In this document: positions 48,457 through 56,744 of the stretch, in pieces
Layout: every line of letters begins with the position of its first letter
Position numbering within the stretch: position 1 is the stretch's first letter
IMG/VR virus record: IMGVR_UViG_3300013370_000002
Span: 1-64,000 of that record
Origin: an uncultured virus (IMG/VR IMGVR_UViG_3300013370_000002)
Taxonomy: Duplodnaviria; Heunggongvirae; Uroviricota; Caudoviricetes
Reading direction: 5' to 3' (one strand)
Length of the DNA stretch: 64,000 nt
Notes under the pieces: model-generated
Told to the model about the DNA's origin: nothing
The model's input: the letters and a program-made list of their open reading frames with translations, nothing else
The model's database searches: none
Translations under genes and position numbers: made by a program

Positions 48457-48496
48457 GGAACACCCCCGCTGCATAGCCGCCAAACCTTGTCACAAT
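48457..48496 (+). promoter_or_regulatory. Late promoter motif
   Basis: GGAACAC-N27-CACAAT. Confidence 0.72.
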
Positions 48497-48537
48497 AAAC
48501 CTATCTTATTATCCCTAACAAACATAGGCGTCCTGCA

Positions 48538-51500
48538 ATGGCATATATCACACTCAATAAAGCGCATACTCACCATAAAACAACTATCAATGGTCAGCCT
48601 ACTAGCCAGTATAGCCGCTACGAAACAGGTTTAATCACTGGCAACAAGCGAGACTTGCCAGCCATTCTAGCGGATAGTACGGGCAGTGACGGCTATAGTT
48701 TTGATAGTGCAGTCGGTAGTGCTGATGATAGCTGGCACGTATTAAACGCCTTTGATAAACAGGGCTTGTATGTCGATAGTATTGCGGTTGGCGGCGCTAT
48801 GGATGCCGATCACGCTACCGTGGTAGCGCGCACCCAGCTTGACAGCCTAGGCGCAGCTAACCTAAAAGTGATTGGTGAGGGATTGGTTCAGTTTGACAGT
48901 ATCAATCAATCGAACGCTGGCACGTTTTCAGTTGACGCCATCAACAAGCTTATGGACAACCCTTCGCAAGATAAAAACTACCTACCGATCATTACCGCCT
49001 CAGAGCTTGCTTATGAAGCTGATCGCGTTACCTTTGACAGTGTGGAGTGGGGCGAAGGAGCAGAGCTATTAAGCCATGACGGGCGTGATAGCACACTCAT
49101 GCTAGACATGACTCGTGCCGATACTCGCAGCGACTTAGTAAACGAATTTGAGCTTGCAGACGTACTCGACTTGCTGGGCGCTGAACCTGAGCAGAGCTTT
49201 GATGCCTTGATGGACACCAAAAACCGTTTAGGGCTATTGAAAGATCGCTTATATAACGCGATGAGCCGTGCCGGTAACGATACGGTATCAGTTACTAATG
49301 TCACTGAAACCAAGCCATTTAAGCGCCAGGGCGTGACTAATATTGCCTTTGTGTTTGATCTATCAGACGGTCAAAAATTGTCTATCTGGTTCCACAATCC
49401 AGACAGTACGCCATCCAAGTTAATGCCAAGCGATATCATGATTAGCTGGAAATGGATGTTAAACAAGCGTGATGTGACCGCCGCATTATCACCAAAACAA
49501 GGTGATAACGTCCAGTTGCCTGCGCTGGCAAGTCGAATCATGCGCGTAGCTGCCAAGAACTCTATGCCATTTAAGCGTACACAAGCCAAGCGCTTAAAGC
49601 TAGATAATGAGCTAGCAGAAGCAAAAATGACGATTGAAAATAAGACTGCCACTATCGAGCAGTTGGATCAAGATATTGCCAGCCTAAATAGCCAGATTGA
49701 TGCGGCTATGAAAGCGCCTAAAGTTGAGCCAGCGGTTAATAATTCTGATATTGAAGCAAATAACCCGTCATTGAATGGCACGGACAGCGCATTATCCGAA
49801 AAGTTGAATCTAAGCGCTAAAGACTTAAATGCTTTTAATGCAGGCTTATCCGAACATGACACTGTTAATATCGATGGTTATGCCGATAAGATCAAAAGAA
49901 AGCAAAAGCAGTTAGACGATCAAGGCGTGTCCTATGTGGGTCAAAGTGAATTTCAAAATCTTATCAACAATGGCGATGAGCCGGGACTATCTGAGCAGAA
50001 GCAAAAAGAGACTATAGACAACTTAATAAAAGACGCTGAGAACCTTCGTGATAAAAAAATAGGTCCATCAAAAATTGTTGGTGCAGGCTACAAAGATGCT
50101 CGATCAGTCGCTTTTAAGTGGTTGGCAAAAACAATAAAAATGGACCAAGAAGCTTTTAACGGCGATGTTGCAGGTTTTAATAACATTATCAACATGAGCA
50201 ATTATATTATTTATTTAGGCCAACAGTTAAGTGGCAGCAACAATGAAGGTGCAGCGGCAGATAACGCGACTGACACCGAAGCAGATATAGCACTAGCCAG
50301 ACCAAGTCAAATGGAAGAGCTTAAAAACCTTAGAAACTTAGCGCCTAAGTCTGGCGAGGCTATAAAATCAGATGATCCGGACGCTATTGAGAAGCTAGAA
50401 GCTAAACTGGGTTACTTGCAAGCGTTTGCAGCCGTGATGCGTACTGCTAACAAGCATGTGCGTAAAGGTGATGACGCCGCGCTTAGCAAGATGGGTTTAA
50501 ATGATAAAGAAATCGCAACCCTAAAAGAGCCTGATTATGCGGGTCGAACCGGCTTTGCTGATTATCAGATGACCAACAACAACGGTGAAATGGGGCGTAT
50601 CAAGAAGCGCTTGAAAGGTCTTTATCGTGAGCGCGAATTAGAGCAGGCTGAAAATATCGATAGCGATCCAGCTAGCCAGCCAAGCCAAAATATGACATCC
50701 GCTGAGATTGATGCTATTGAACTTGAGGCATTCAAAGCCTTTACGGTTAGTAATGATTTTTGGAATAAACCTACATCGGTTGTCCAAGCGTTAAGCGAGA
50801 GTGACTTCAATCGCTTATCAGAGTCATTAACAGACGTTAATTACCATAAAGAAAATGCTTTTTTTAAGGCAAAACGCACCGGCGATCAATCTTTGATTAA
50901 TAAAACCATGTTTGATTTGCAAAATAGCGCTGAAGATGCCGCCGTATTACCAGATGGTTACGATGTCGATACCGCAAGCAATGATGCGATTATTAACGAC
51001 ACTAGAATACAGTCGCTAATCACTGACTTAGGTTTAACGCTTACATCTAGTGAGAATAACGAGTACGAGTACGGTACAAAAACCGATAATAGCGCTTTTT
51101 CGTTTAAGCTGAAGCACGGTGAGCTATCAACCGTTTATTTTGTTCAAAACGGCGATGGCAGCAATCTAAATAACGCAATGACTGAGGTTAGCGATATAGA
51201 CGGGTTTATCACTCAAGCAAAAGATATGCACGCTAAATACATGGCTTTACTAGGTGAGGATAATACGCCTGATCCTGACAACACGCCAACCAACCCCAAC
51301 AACAAAAAGATAGTTAAAGGCAAGTCAAACAAAGCTAAAACACCCAAAGGCACCAAAATTGAAAGCGTCTTTGCTTTAGTTGATGCTAAATTCCTGATTG
51401 CCTCGCATACCGCAAACGGTAGTAAAAACCCTAAATACCCGCAAGAGCTACAGCCGCGTGATCGTGCGCGTGAATCTTCTATTGCATGGGTACAAAAAAC

Positions 51501-53232
51501 CTCAAGAGAGCTTGATCCTGAGAGCTTAGGTCGTACTGGCCGTGTTGATACCGGCGCGCCTATCGTTGGTGATGATCTAGTGGTAGAAAGCGGCAACGGT
51601 CGCACTATTGCGATCAAGATGGCTTACGCCAATGGCGATGCTAGCGAGTACAGAGAATGGCTTGCTGAGAACGCTGATATGTTCGGTATGACCGCTAAGC
51701 AAGTAGAGAGCTATAAGCAGCCTATTCTTGTGCGTATGCGTACCACGCAAGTGAACCGCAGCGAGTTTGCAGTAGAAGCGAACCAAGACGACAAACTAAG
51801 CTTTACCGCCTCAGAACGCGCCAAATCAGATGCTAAGCGGGTTAATGCTGGCATGTTAGAGCTATTCGATCCTAGCGAGTCAGGCGACATCTTAGCCGCC
51901 AGTAACCGCCCATTCGTAAAATCGTTTCTAGCCAGCCTAGGCGCGACAGAAGCAGCGCAATATACCGACAGTAACGGCAATCCAACTCAAGCGCTAGTCG
52001 CTCGCATTAAAGGCGCATTGTTCAGTAAAGCCTATGACGATGACCGCTTGCTTGAGATGATGGCAGATCAAACAAAGCCTGAGCTACAAAACACCCTAAA
52101 CGCCCTAACAATGGCCGCGCCTAAGTTTGTAGCAGCACAAGCGGTCAACCGTAGTGACGCGCAGGACTTGGCTGAAAAAGTGGTTGATAGTGTCGAGCAG
52201 TCGCTAAGCGACGAGGTTAAAAACGCCATTGTTGATGCCACCAACATGATTATGAACGCCAAGCTTAGCAATCAAGATATTAAAGAATACGTGCTGCAAC
52301 AAGGGTTGTTTGAGCAAGTGGACGATGCCACCGCTGAACTGGCCGTATTTCTTGCCGCTAATGCTCGTAGCGCCAAGAAAATGACTGAGTATTTTAATGC
52401 AATGGCAAGCTATATCGAGCAAGACAGCGTGAGCCGTCAAAACCTTGATATGTTTGGCGAGCCTGAGCCGTTATCGCTCGCTGATGTGATTGCTCATGCC
52501 AATAGCAAAGCCAATGACAATACCGACACCATAGGATCACTTGATATGTTTAATGAGACGGTAGTAGAAGAAGCGGTAGTGACTGACAACCAAGCTACCA
52601 CAAGCGACAAGAATTACTCATCCAGCAACCCTTATGCTGCTTACGCTAATGATGACGAAGATGCTATGAATAACGCCGACCAATGGGAGGCCAGAGAGCC
52701 GCTAACAGAAAACCGTTTGGATCAGTTTAACAAAATGGCAGAATCGCTTGGTTTTAGCACCTTTATCGAATCAAGACATGCAGGCTTAGGGGTATTCCAA
52801 GCAGCCAAAGAAGTATCTAATCGCAAGGTCGAGATTGACGGTAAATTCAAAAACAATGACAGCCAGTCATCAAAAGAAGCGCCTAGAGACTTCACTATCG
52901 AAAAATCTGAAAACGGAAACATTGTTGATTACCAGTACACCAACGACTTATCAGATTATATTAAAAAGGCGAACGACTGGCTAAATCAAGCCAGCCCACT
53001 AGACGACTTCAGCACAGCTAACCTAGCCGCCAAAGTTGACGGTATAGTCGCTGAGATCAACTCAGACGACTTTGACCCAGAGATTTTTGATGTTGATGCG
53101 CTAAGTGCTATTGCAGATGAGGCTGAGGGCAATAGCGAGCTTACCGCAAAACTTGAGGCTGCAAGTGAGGTGTATCAAAACAAGTTGATCGCAGTTGCTA
53201 TGCAAGCTATGTCTGATATGGCGGGCAAGTAA
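48538..53232 (+). CDS. darA: DarA-like polyvalent virion protein fused to a DdrB-like ParB domain
   Basis: DarA_N block LSDGQKLSIWFHNPD...WKWMLNKRDVT; SDDPDAIEKL...TNNNGE..R.K.R block; ELQPRDR...GAPIVG...VESGNGRT ParB-like block. Confidence 0.75.
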   Translation: MAYITLNKAHTHHKTTINGQPTSQYSRYETGLITGNKRDLPAILADSTGSDGYSFDSAVGSADDSWHVLNAFDKQGLYVDSIAVGGAMDADHATVVARTQLDSLGAANLKVIGEGLVQFDSINQSNAGTFSVDAINKLMDNPSQDKNYLPIITASELAYEADRVTFDSVEWGEGAELLSHDGRDSTLMLDMTRADTRSDLVNEFELADVLDLLGAEPEQSFDALMDTKNRLGLLKDRLYNAMSRAGNDTVSVTNVTETKPFKRQGVTNIAFVFDLSDGQKLSIWFHNPDSTPSKLMPSDIMISWKWMLNKRDVTAALSPKQGDNVQLPALASRIMRVAAKNSMPFKRTQAKRLKLDNELAEAKMTIENKTATIEQLDQDIASLNSQIDAAMKAPKVEPAVNNSDIEANNPSLNGTDSALSEKLNLSAKDLNAFNAGLSEHDTVNIDGYADKIKRKQKQLDDQGVSYVGQSEFQNLINNGDEPGLSEQKQKETIDNLIKDAENLRDKKIGPSKIVGAGYKDARSVAFKWLAKTIKMDQEAFNGDVAGFNNIINMSNYIIYLGQQLSGSNNEGAAADNATDTEADIALARPSQMEELKNLRNLAPKSGEAIKSDDPDAIEKLEAKLGYLQAFAAVMRTANKHVRKGDDAALSKMGLNDKEIATLKEPDYAGRTGFADYQMTNNNGEMGRIKKRLKGLYRERELEQAENIDSDPASQPSQNMTSAEIDAIELEAFKAFTVSNDFWNKPTSVVQALSESDFNRLSESLTDVNYHKENAFFKAKRTGDQSLINKTMFDLQNSAEDAAVLPDGYDVDTASNDAIINDTRIQSLITDLGLTLTSSENNEYEYGTKTDNSAFSFKLKHGELSTVYFVQNGDGSNLNNAMTEVSDIDGFITQAKDMHAKYMALLGEDNTPDPDNTPTNPNNKKIVKGKSNKAKTPKGTKIESVFALVDAKFLIASHTANGSKNPKYPQELQPRDRARESSIAWVQKTSRELDPESLGRTGRVDTGAPIVGDDLVVESGNGRTIAIKMAYANGDASEYREWLAENADMFGMTAKQVESYKQPILVRMRTTQVNRSEFAVEANQDDKLSFTASERAKSDAKRVNAGMLELFDPSESGDILAASNRPFVKSFLASLGATEAAQYTDSNGNPTQALVARIKGALFSKAYDDDRLLEMMADQTKPELQNTLNALTMAAPKFVAAQAVNRSDAQDLAEKVVDSVEQSLSDEVKNAIVDATNMIMNAKLSNQDIKEYVLQQGLFEQVDDATAELAVFLAANARSAKKMTEYFNAMASYIEQDSVSRQNLDMFGEPEPLSLADVIAHANSKANDNTDTIGSLDMFNETVVEEAVVTDNQATTSDKNYSSSNPYAAYANDDEDAMNNADQWEAREPLTENRLDQFNKMAESLGFSTFIESRHAGLGVFQAAKEVSNRKVEIDGKFKNNDSQSSKEAPRDFTIEKSENGNIVDYQYTNDLSDYIKKANDWLNQASPLDDFSTANLAAKVDGIVAEINSDDFDPEIFDVDALSAIADEAEGNSELTAKLEAASEVYQNKLIAVAMQAMSDMAGK

Positions 53233-54077
53233 TGCCAAACGCGCCAGCCACTAATAAAAACAAGACTACCAATGGCAATACCATTGGTAGCACTTGGGGC
53301 GAGAAGGGATTAAACAAAAACCTTCTTGTCAAAATACGGCCAGTAATCGAGGGCAATATTGAAGGCGGGCAAGGGGCGCAGACTTATGACGCTGATGCTA
53401 GTCAGCCCACGGTTGAGTCCATCTTTGAGGATGCTGAATTTACCATTGAATCGCAGTACAGCACGCCTTTTGAGTCGAGCAACCCTGAAGGTCGTCTTCC
53501 TAACTTAATGGGTATGATCCAGTCAGGGCAAGCCGCTGCTGCTGGTTACAGTATATTTGCTGCTGCTGGCGGCGGCGTAGTCGCTGATGTGGCTGACGCG
53601 GCGGCTAACTTCATTGGCGCCAAAGACGTTATTGAGTCGGGACAAGCCGAACTAGAAGGACTGATGGGTAAGTCCAACTTCACCAAGCTCAATAGCCGCC
53701 AAATTTTCACCTCATCAAACTCAATACGCATTACTGGCAGCCTTGTCTTTCAGGCATGGAGCGACGCCGCAACCGAGGTTGAGGCAGCGGTAAGCCAGTT
53801 GCAGCGCTGGGCGTCCGCTAAGAGCTTGTCAAAAACATCATTGATTGTCGGTGCGCTTGATGAAGGGTTGTCGGCTATGTTCCCCTCAGAAATACCGCCA
53901 ATGGTGCAACTTCAATACGGTGGTAAAACCTATAAGCCGATGGTGATTGAGAGTGTATCAGCACCCATCACCGCCCCTATGACCAAAGACGGCAATCGTA
54001 TCGCTGTCAAAGTGCAAGTCACTTTCTTGTCCCTCACCGCATGGGATCAACAAAATATCATAGACATGAGCCGCTAA
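53232..54077 (+). CDS. Baseplate/tail-tube-initiator-like protein
   Basis: YSTPFE...KLNSRQIF...PMVIESVSAPI; gp48-like pattern, tentative. Confidence 0.45.
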   Translation: MPNAPATNKNKTTNGNTIGSTWGEKGLNKNLLVKIRPVIEGNIEGGQGAQTYDADASQPTVESIFEDAEFTIESQYSTPFESSNPEGRLPNLMGMIQSGQAAAAGYSIFAAAGGGVVADVADAAANFIGAKDVIESGQAELEGLMGKSNFTKLNSRQIFTSSNSIRITGSLVFQAWSDAATEVEAAVSQLQRWASAKSLSKTSLIVGALDEGLSAMFPSEIPPMVQLQYGGKTYKPMVIESVSAPITAPMTKDGNRIAVKVQVTFLSLTAWDQQNIIDMSR

Positions 54078-54093
54078 CCCAAAAGAGACCATC

Positions 54094-54834
54094 ATGGAAA
54101 CCACTTTAGATGTACAGCTTTTAGAGACCAGTATATTACTGCCCGACCTTCAGATAGGGCAAGCAATGGATATTGCCAAGATACCCGTGGCATTCAATGA
54201 AAAACGATTGAGCGCCATGATCTCGCACTTAACGGGCAATCCTAGCTTGGCTGGCAAGTTAACCGCACAAGAGCGTTATTTTGTCCTACTTAATCACCAA
54301 GCGATATCGCAAAGCCAGCATATCGGGGACAGTGATATTGATGGTTACGCCCTGCCTACTATTCAGTCGGATGTGCCAAAGTGCCACCAAGTAGGTGATA
54401 TGTATGTTAATCACTTGCTAGGTGCTCATGTGGTCGTGCTTGAGGGTATTTGCGAGAATGTCTACGACTGGATTATCGGACAAATGGCCTGCCAGCTTAG
54501 CGGTGATATCTCATCCGTGATTGGCGGCGACAGTAGCGACAATCTCAAGTGGGATGTGATTGATGCTGGCATGACTGAAAACGAGATTAACGAGGCGATA
54601 CAAGGCCGTATTAAGTTTATAGAGACGCTAAGCGCTAACGACGATTTTAATATCTTGCATGATGCTTATAGCATAGGGGTTGATGCCCTATCTCATTTTT
54701 TAATACTAGGCTGTGAAAACAAAGGTTTAACCGTTATTAGCCAAGGAGGTGATGGCGCTGGCGAGCCGTCACGATTTCTCACCCTTGATAGCTTACAAGG
54801 GATCGCCAGAGTTATTGCAGAGTGCGTTGCTTGA
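54094..54834 (+). CDS. Putative tail/baseplate assembly protein
   Basis: 246-aa late ORF; LTAQERY motif. Confidence 0.45.
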   Translation: METTLDVQLLETSILLPDLQIGQAMDIAKIPVAFNEKRLSAMISHLTGNPSLAGKLTAQERYFVLLNHQAISQSQHIGDSDIDGYALPTIQSDVPKCHQVGDMYVNHLLGAHVVVLEGICENVYDWIIGQMACQLSGDISSVIGGDSSDNLKWDVIDAGMTENEINEAIQGRIKFIETLSANDDFNILHDAYSIGVDALSHFLILGCENKGLTVISQGGDGAGEPSRFLTLDSLQGIARVIAECVA

Positions 54835-55033
54835 TGATGCGTTTGTGATGGTGGAACACGGCAATATGAGCTTGCCAGAAGCGCTTAAAATAGGACTATC
54901 TTTTTTAACAATGTACAAAACATCGTCAAGTTTTGATTTAGTGTCTAAGCGCCTAGAAAGCGAGCATCTACATAAAATTGCTGTTATTAGTCGTCTTGAT
55001 GCCATTATTAAAACCAATCAGAGCCGTAGATGA
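54827..55033 (+). CDS. Small putative baseplate assembly protein
   Basis: TTG start overlapping the upstream stop; the start is uncertain. Confidence 0.45.
   Translation: MLDDAFVMVEHGNMSLPEALKIGLSFLTMYKTSSSFDLVSKRLESEHLHKIAVISRLDAIIKTNQSRR
54853..54891 (+). promoter_or_regulatory. Late promoter motif inside a CDS, upstream of the lysis genes
   Basis: GGAACAC-N26-TAAAAT. Confidence 0.62.
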
Positions 55034-55089
55034 TGCCGTCAAATTACAACAGTAGTTATATTTAATCATCAATTTAATTGGGATAGACA

Positions 55090-55566
55090 ATGCCAGACAA
55101 ATACTATTCAGCTGTGCAGACAACCAAACTACTGGCATTGTCAGGTAGCGGTACGGTTATTAGCGCAGTCAGTGTGATGGTACAACTCAATGAGCCTCAC
55201 ACCTTTTTATATCTAAGTTTACCGTATTGGTATTTTTTAGTAGCGACAATTTTACTGGTTTTTGTGGGCGCAGGGCTTGCAATGACCAACGATTACATGA
55301 AGAAGCAAGGCACATTTTGGGGCAATCTGCTGCTAGCGATAGTGGTTGGTTTTATCATCTCATTCGTTATCTTGCCAGCAATCAATGACAAGCCAACGGT
55401 CGTCATTATGATGCTAACCGCTTTTTTTGGTGGACTACTTGGTACGATATTTTTACGCATGATACTAGAATTGTCAGCAGATGACGATCTCAAGGTGGGT
55501 GTTCAGTCTATTGTTAAAAACCTTATCCTAAAATGGATCAATAGATTCTCAGGGGGTGATAAGTGA
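55090..55566 (+). CDS. Putative holin
   Basis: Three to four TM segments; upstream of the endolysin. Confidence 0.65.
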   Translation: MPDKYYSAVQTTKLLALSGSGTVISAVSVMVQLNEPHTFLYLSLPYWYFLVATILLVFVGAGLAMTNDYMKKQGTFWGNLLLAIVVGFIISFVILPAINDKPTVVIMMLTAFFGGLLGTIFLRMILELSADDDLKVGVQSIVKNLILKWINRFSGGDK

Positions 55567-55868
55567 TACCTATCATCAACACATTATTAGCTTTTACTGG
55601 CCTCATGATATGCACCTGTTTTTTATTGTCAGATCGATTCAATACAACATCAAAAGAAACCCTTGGACAGTTGGGCGGCTGGATTATCGTATGGATATTC
55701 TTAGTCTCAGCGTCACTACCAAGCAGTAGTTTTGAGCCGTCGTGGTCTACCACAGCAGCTCGAACAATCGTTTTGATTTTAAATATTTGGCACTTTAAAA
55801 AGTTGATTATTAGGCGATGCAAAAGAGCGCACGGCCTACGCAAACCAATTAAACAAAAAGAGGTGTAA
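55563..55868 (+). CDS. Second lysis-cassette membrane protein (holin/antiholin-like)
   Basis: Three hydrophobic segments and a basic C-tail. Confidence 0.55.
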   Translation: MIPIINTLLAFTGLMICTCFLLSDRFNTTSKETLGQLGGWIIVWIFLVSASLPSSSFEPSWSTTAARTIVLILNIWHFKKLIIRRCKRAHGLRKPIKQKEV

Positions 55869-55870
55869 TC

Positions 55871-56608
55871 ATGGCAATTATTGAAATGCAAAAAGAGCTG
55901 GGCGTACTTGCTGATGGTTGGTGGGGCGGTGACTCGCAACGAGCCTACCTAGCACAAGGCAAACAGCTTGATTTTAACTGGGCTTATCTGAGACGCAAGC
56001 TAGCAGGCTCTTTTAGTCAATCTCAAGTAGATGGCTTTAACCGGATTATGGCTGCGTGCAACCGCGCCAAGCTATCGCCGCAGCACGCCGCCTATATTCT
56101 AGCGACTGTATGGCATGAGAGCGCCACAACCATGACTCCTATTAATGAGCATGGCAAGGGTCGCAAAAAGCGTTATGGTCAATGGTTTAAAAACAGCAAA
56201 GGGGTTGTTTATGGCATTCGTAATGGCAATCTTAGCCGTCCCGCCTACCTAAAGTCCGATTATCCTCACCTATTTTTTGGGCGCGGGGATTGCCAGCTTA
56301 CGTGGCTCGATAACTATATCAAGTTGGGGTTAATACTAGGCGTAGACCTTGCTAACAATCCTGATCTTGCGCTTGACCCCGATATTTCAGCCGATATTTT
56401 AGTGATTGGATCAATGCGAGGGCTGTTTACGGGTAAGAGTATTCCGCATTATGTTACGTTTGGCACTTTTAATGAGTTTGTGCTGGCACGTTATGTCATC
56501 AATGGACGTGATAAGCGCGATCTTATTGCTGGGTATGCTAAAACCATTATGACCGCTATGCAACTAAAAGACGATGCTATTTGTGCTGAGTCTTTGCTGG
56601 TCGCTTAA
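55871..56608 (+). CDS. Endolysin, GH19 chitinase-like
   Basis: AYILATVWHES, FGRGDCQLTWLDNY, NPDLAL, ARYVING. Confidence 0.88.
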   Translation: MAIIEMQKELGVLADGWWGGDSQRAYLAQGKQLDFNWAYLRRKLAGSFSQSQVDGFNRIMAACNRAKLSPQHAAYILATVWHESATTMTPINEHGKGRKKRYGQWFKNSKGVVYGIRNGNLSRPAYLKSDYPHLFFGRGDCQLTWLDNYIKLGLILGVDLANNPDLALDPDISADILVIGSMRGLFTGKSIPHYVTFGTFNEFVLARYVINGRDKRDLIAGYAKTIMTAMQLKDDAICAESLLVA

Positions 56609-56630
56609 AAGCAGCTTTGACTAACAACCA

Positions 56631-56658
56631 AAAACCCCGCCTAAATGGTGGGGTTTTT
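56631..56658 (+). terminator. Rho-independent terminator
   Basis: AAAACCCCGCC/GGTGGGGTTTT. Confidence 0.78.
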
Positions 56659-56671
56659 ATTGCAAGGCTGT

Positions 56672-56711
56672 GGAACACACTAAAAGCTGGCAAGTCGTTA
56701 CACCTCATAAT
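56672..56711 (+). promoter_or_regulatory. Late promoter motif
   Basis: GGAACAC-N27-CATAAT. Confidence 0.75.
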
Positions 56712-56744
56712 AAGGAATCGATAACACCAACTAGGCCATAAGAT

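Noticed and set aside
51330..52430. Plasmid partition ParB or P1 plasmid-maintenance module
   Set aside because: The ParB-like domain is embedded in DarA, and no parA, repA, cre, phd/doc or cin is recognisable
54749..55033. Tail-chaperone-type frameshift between 54094-54834 and the next ORF
   Set aside because: The frames are related by +1 and there is no X XXY YYZ heptamer; an overlapping TTG start explains the layout
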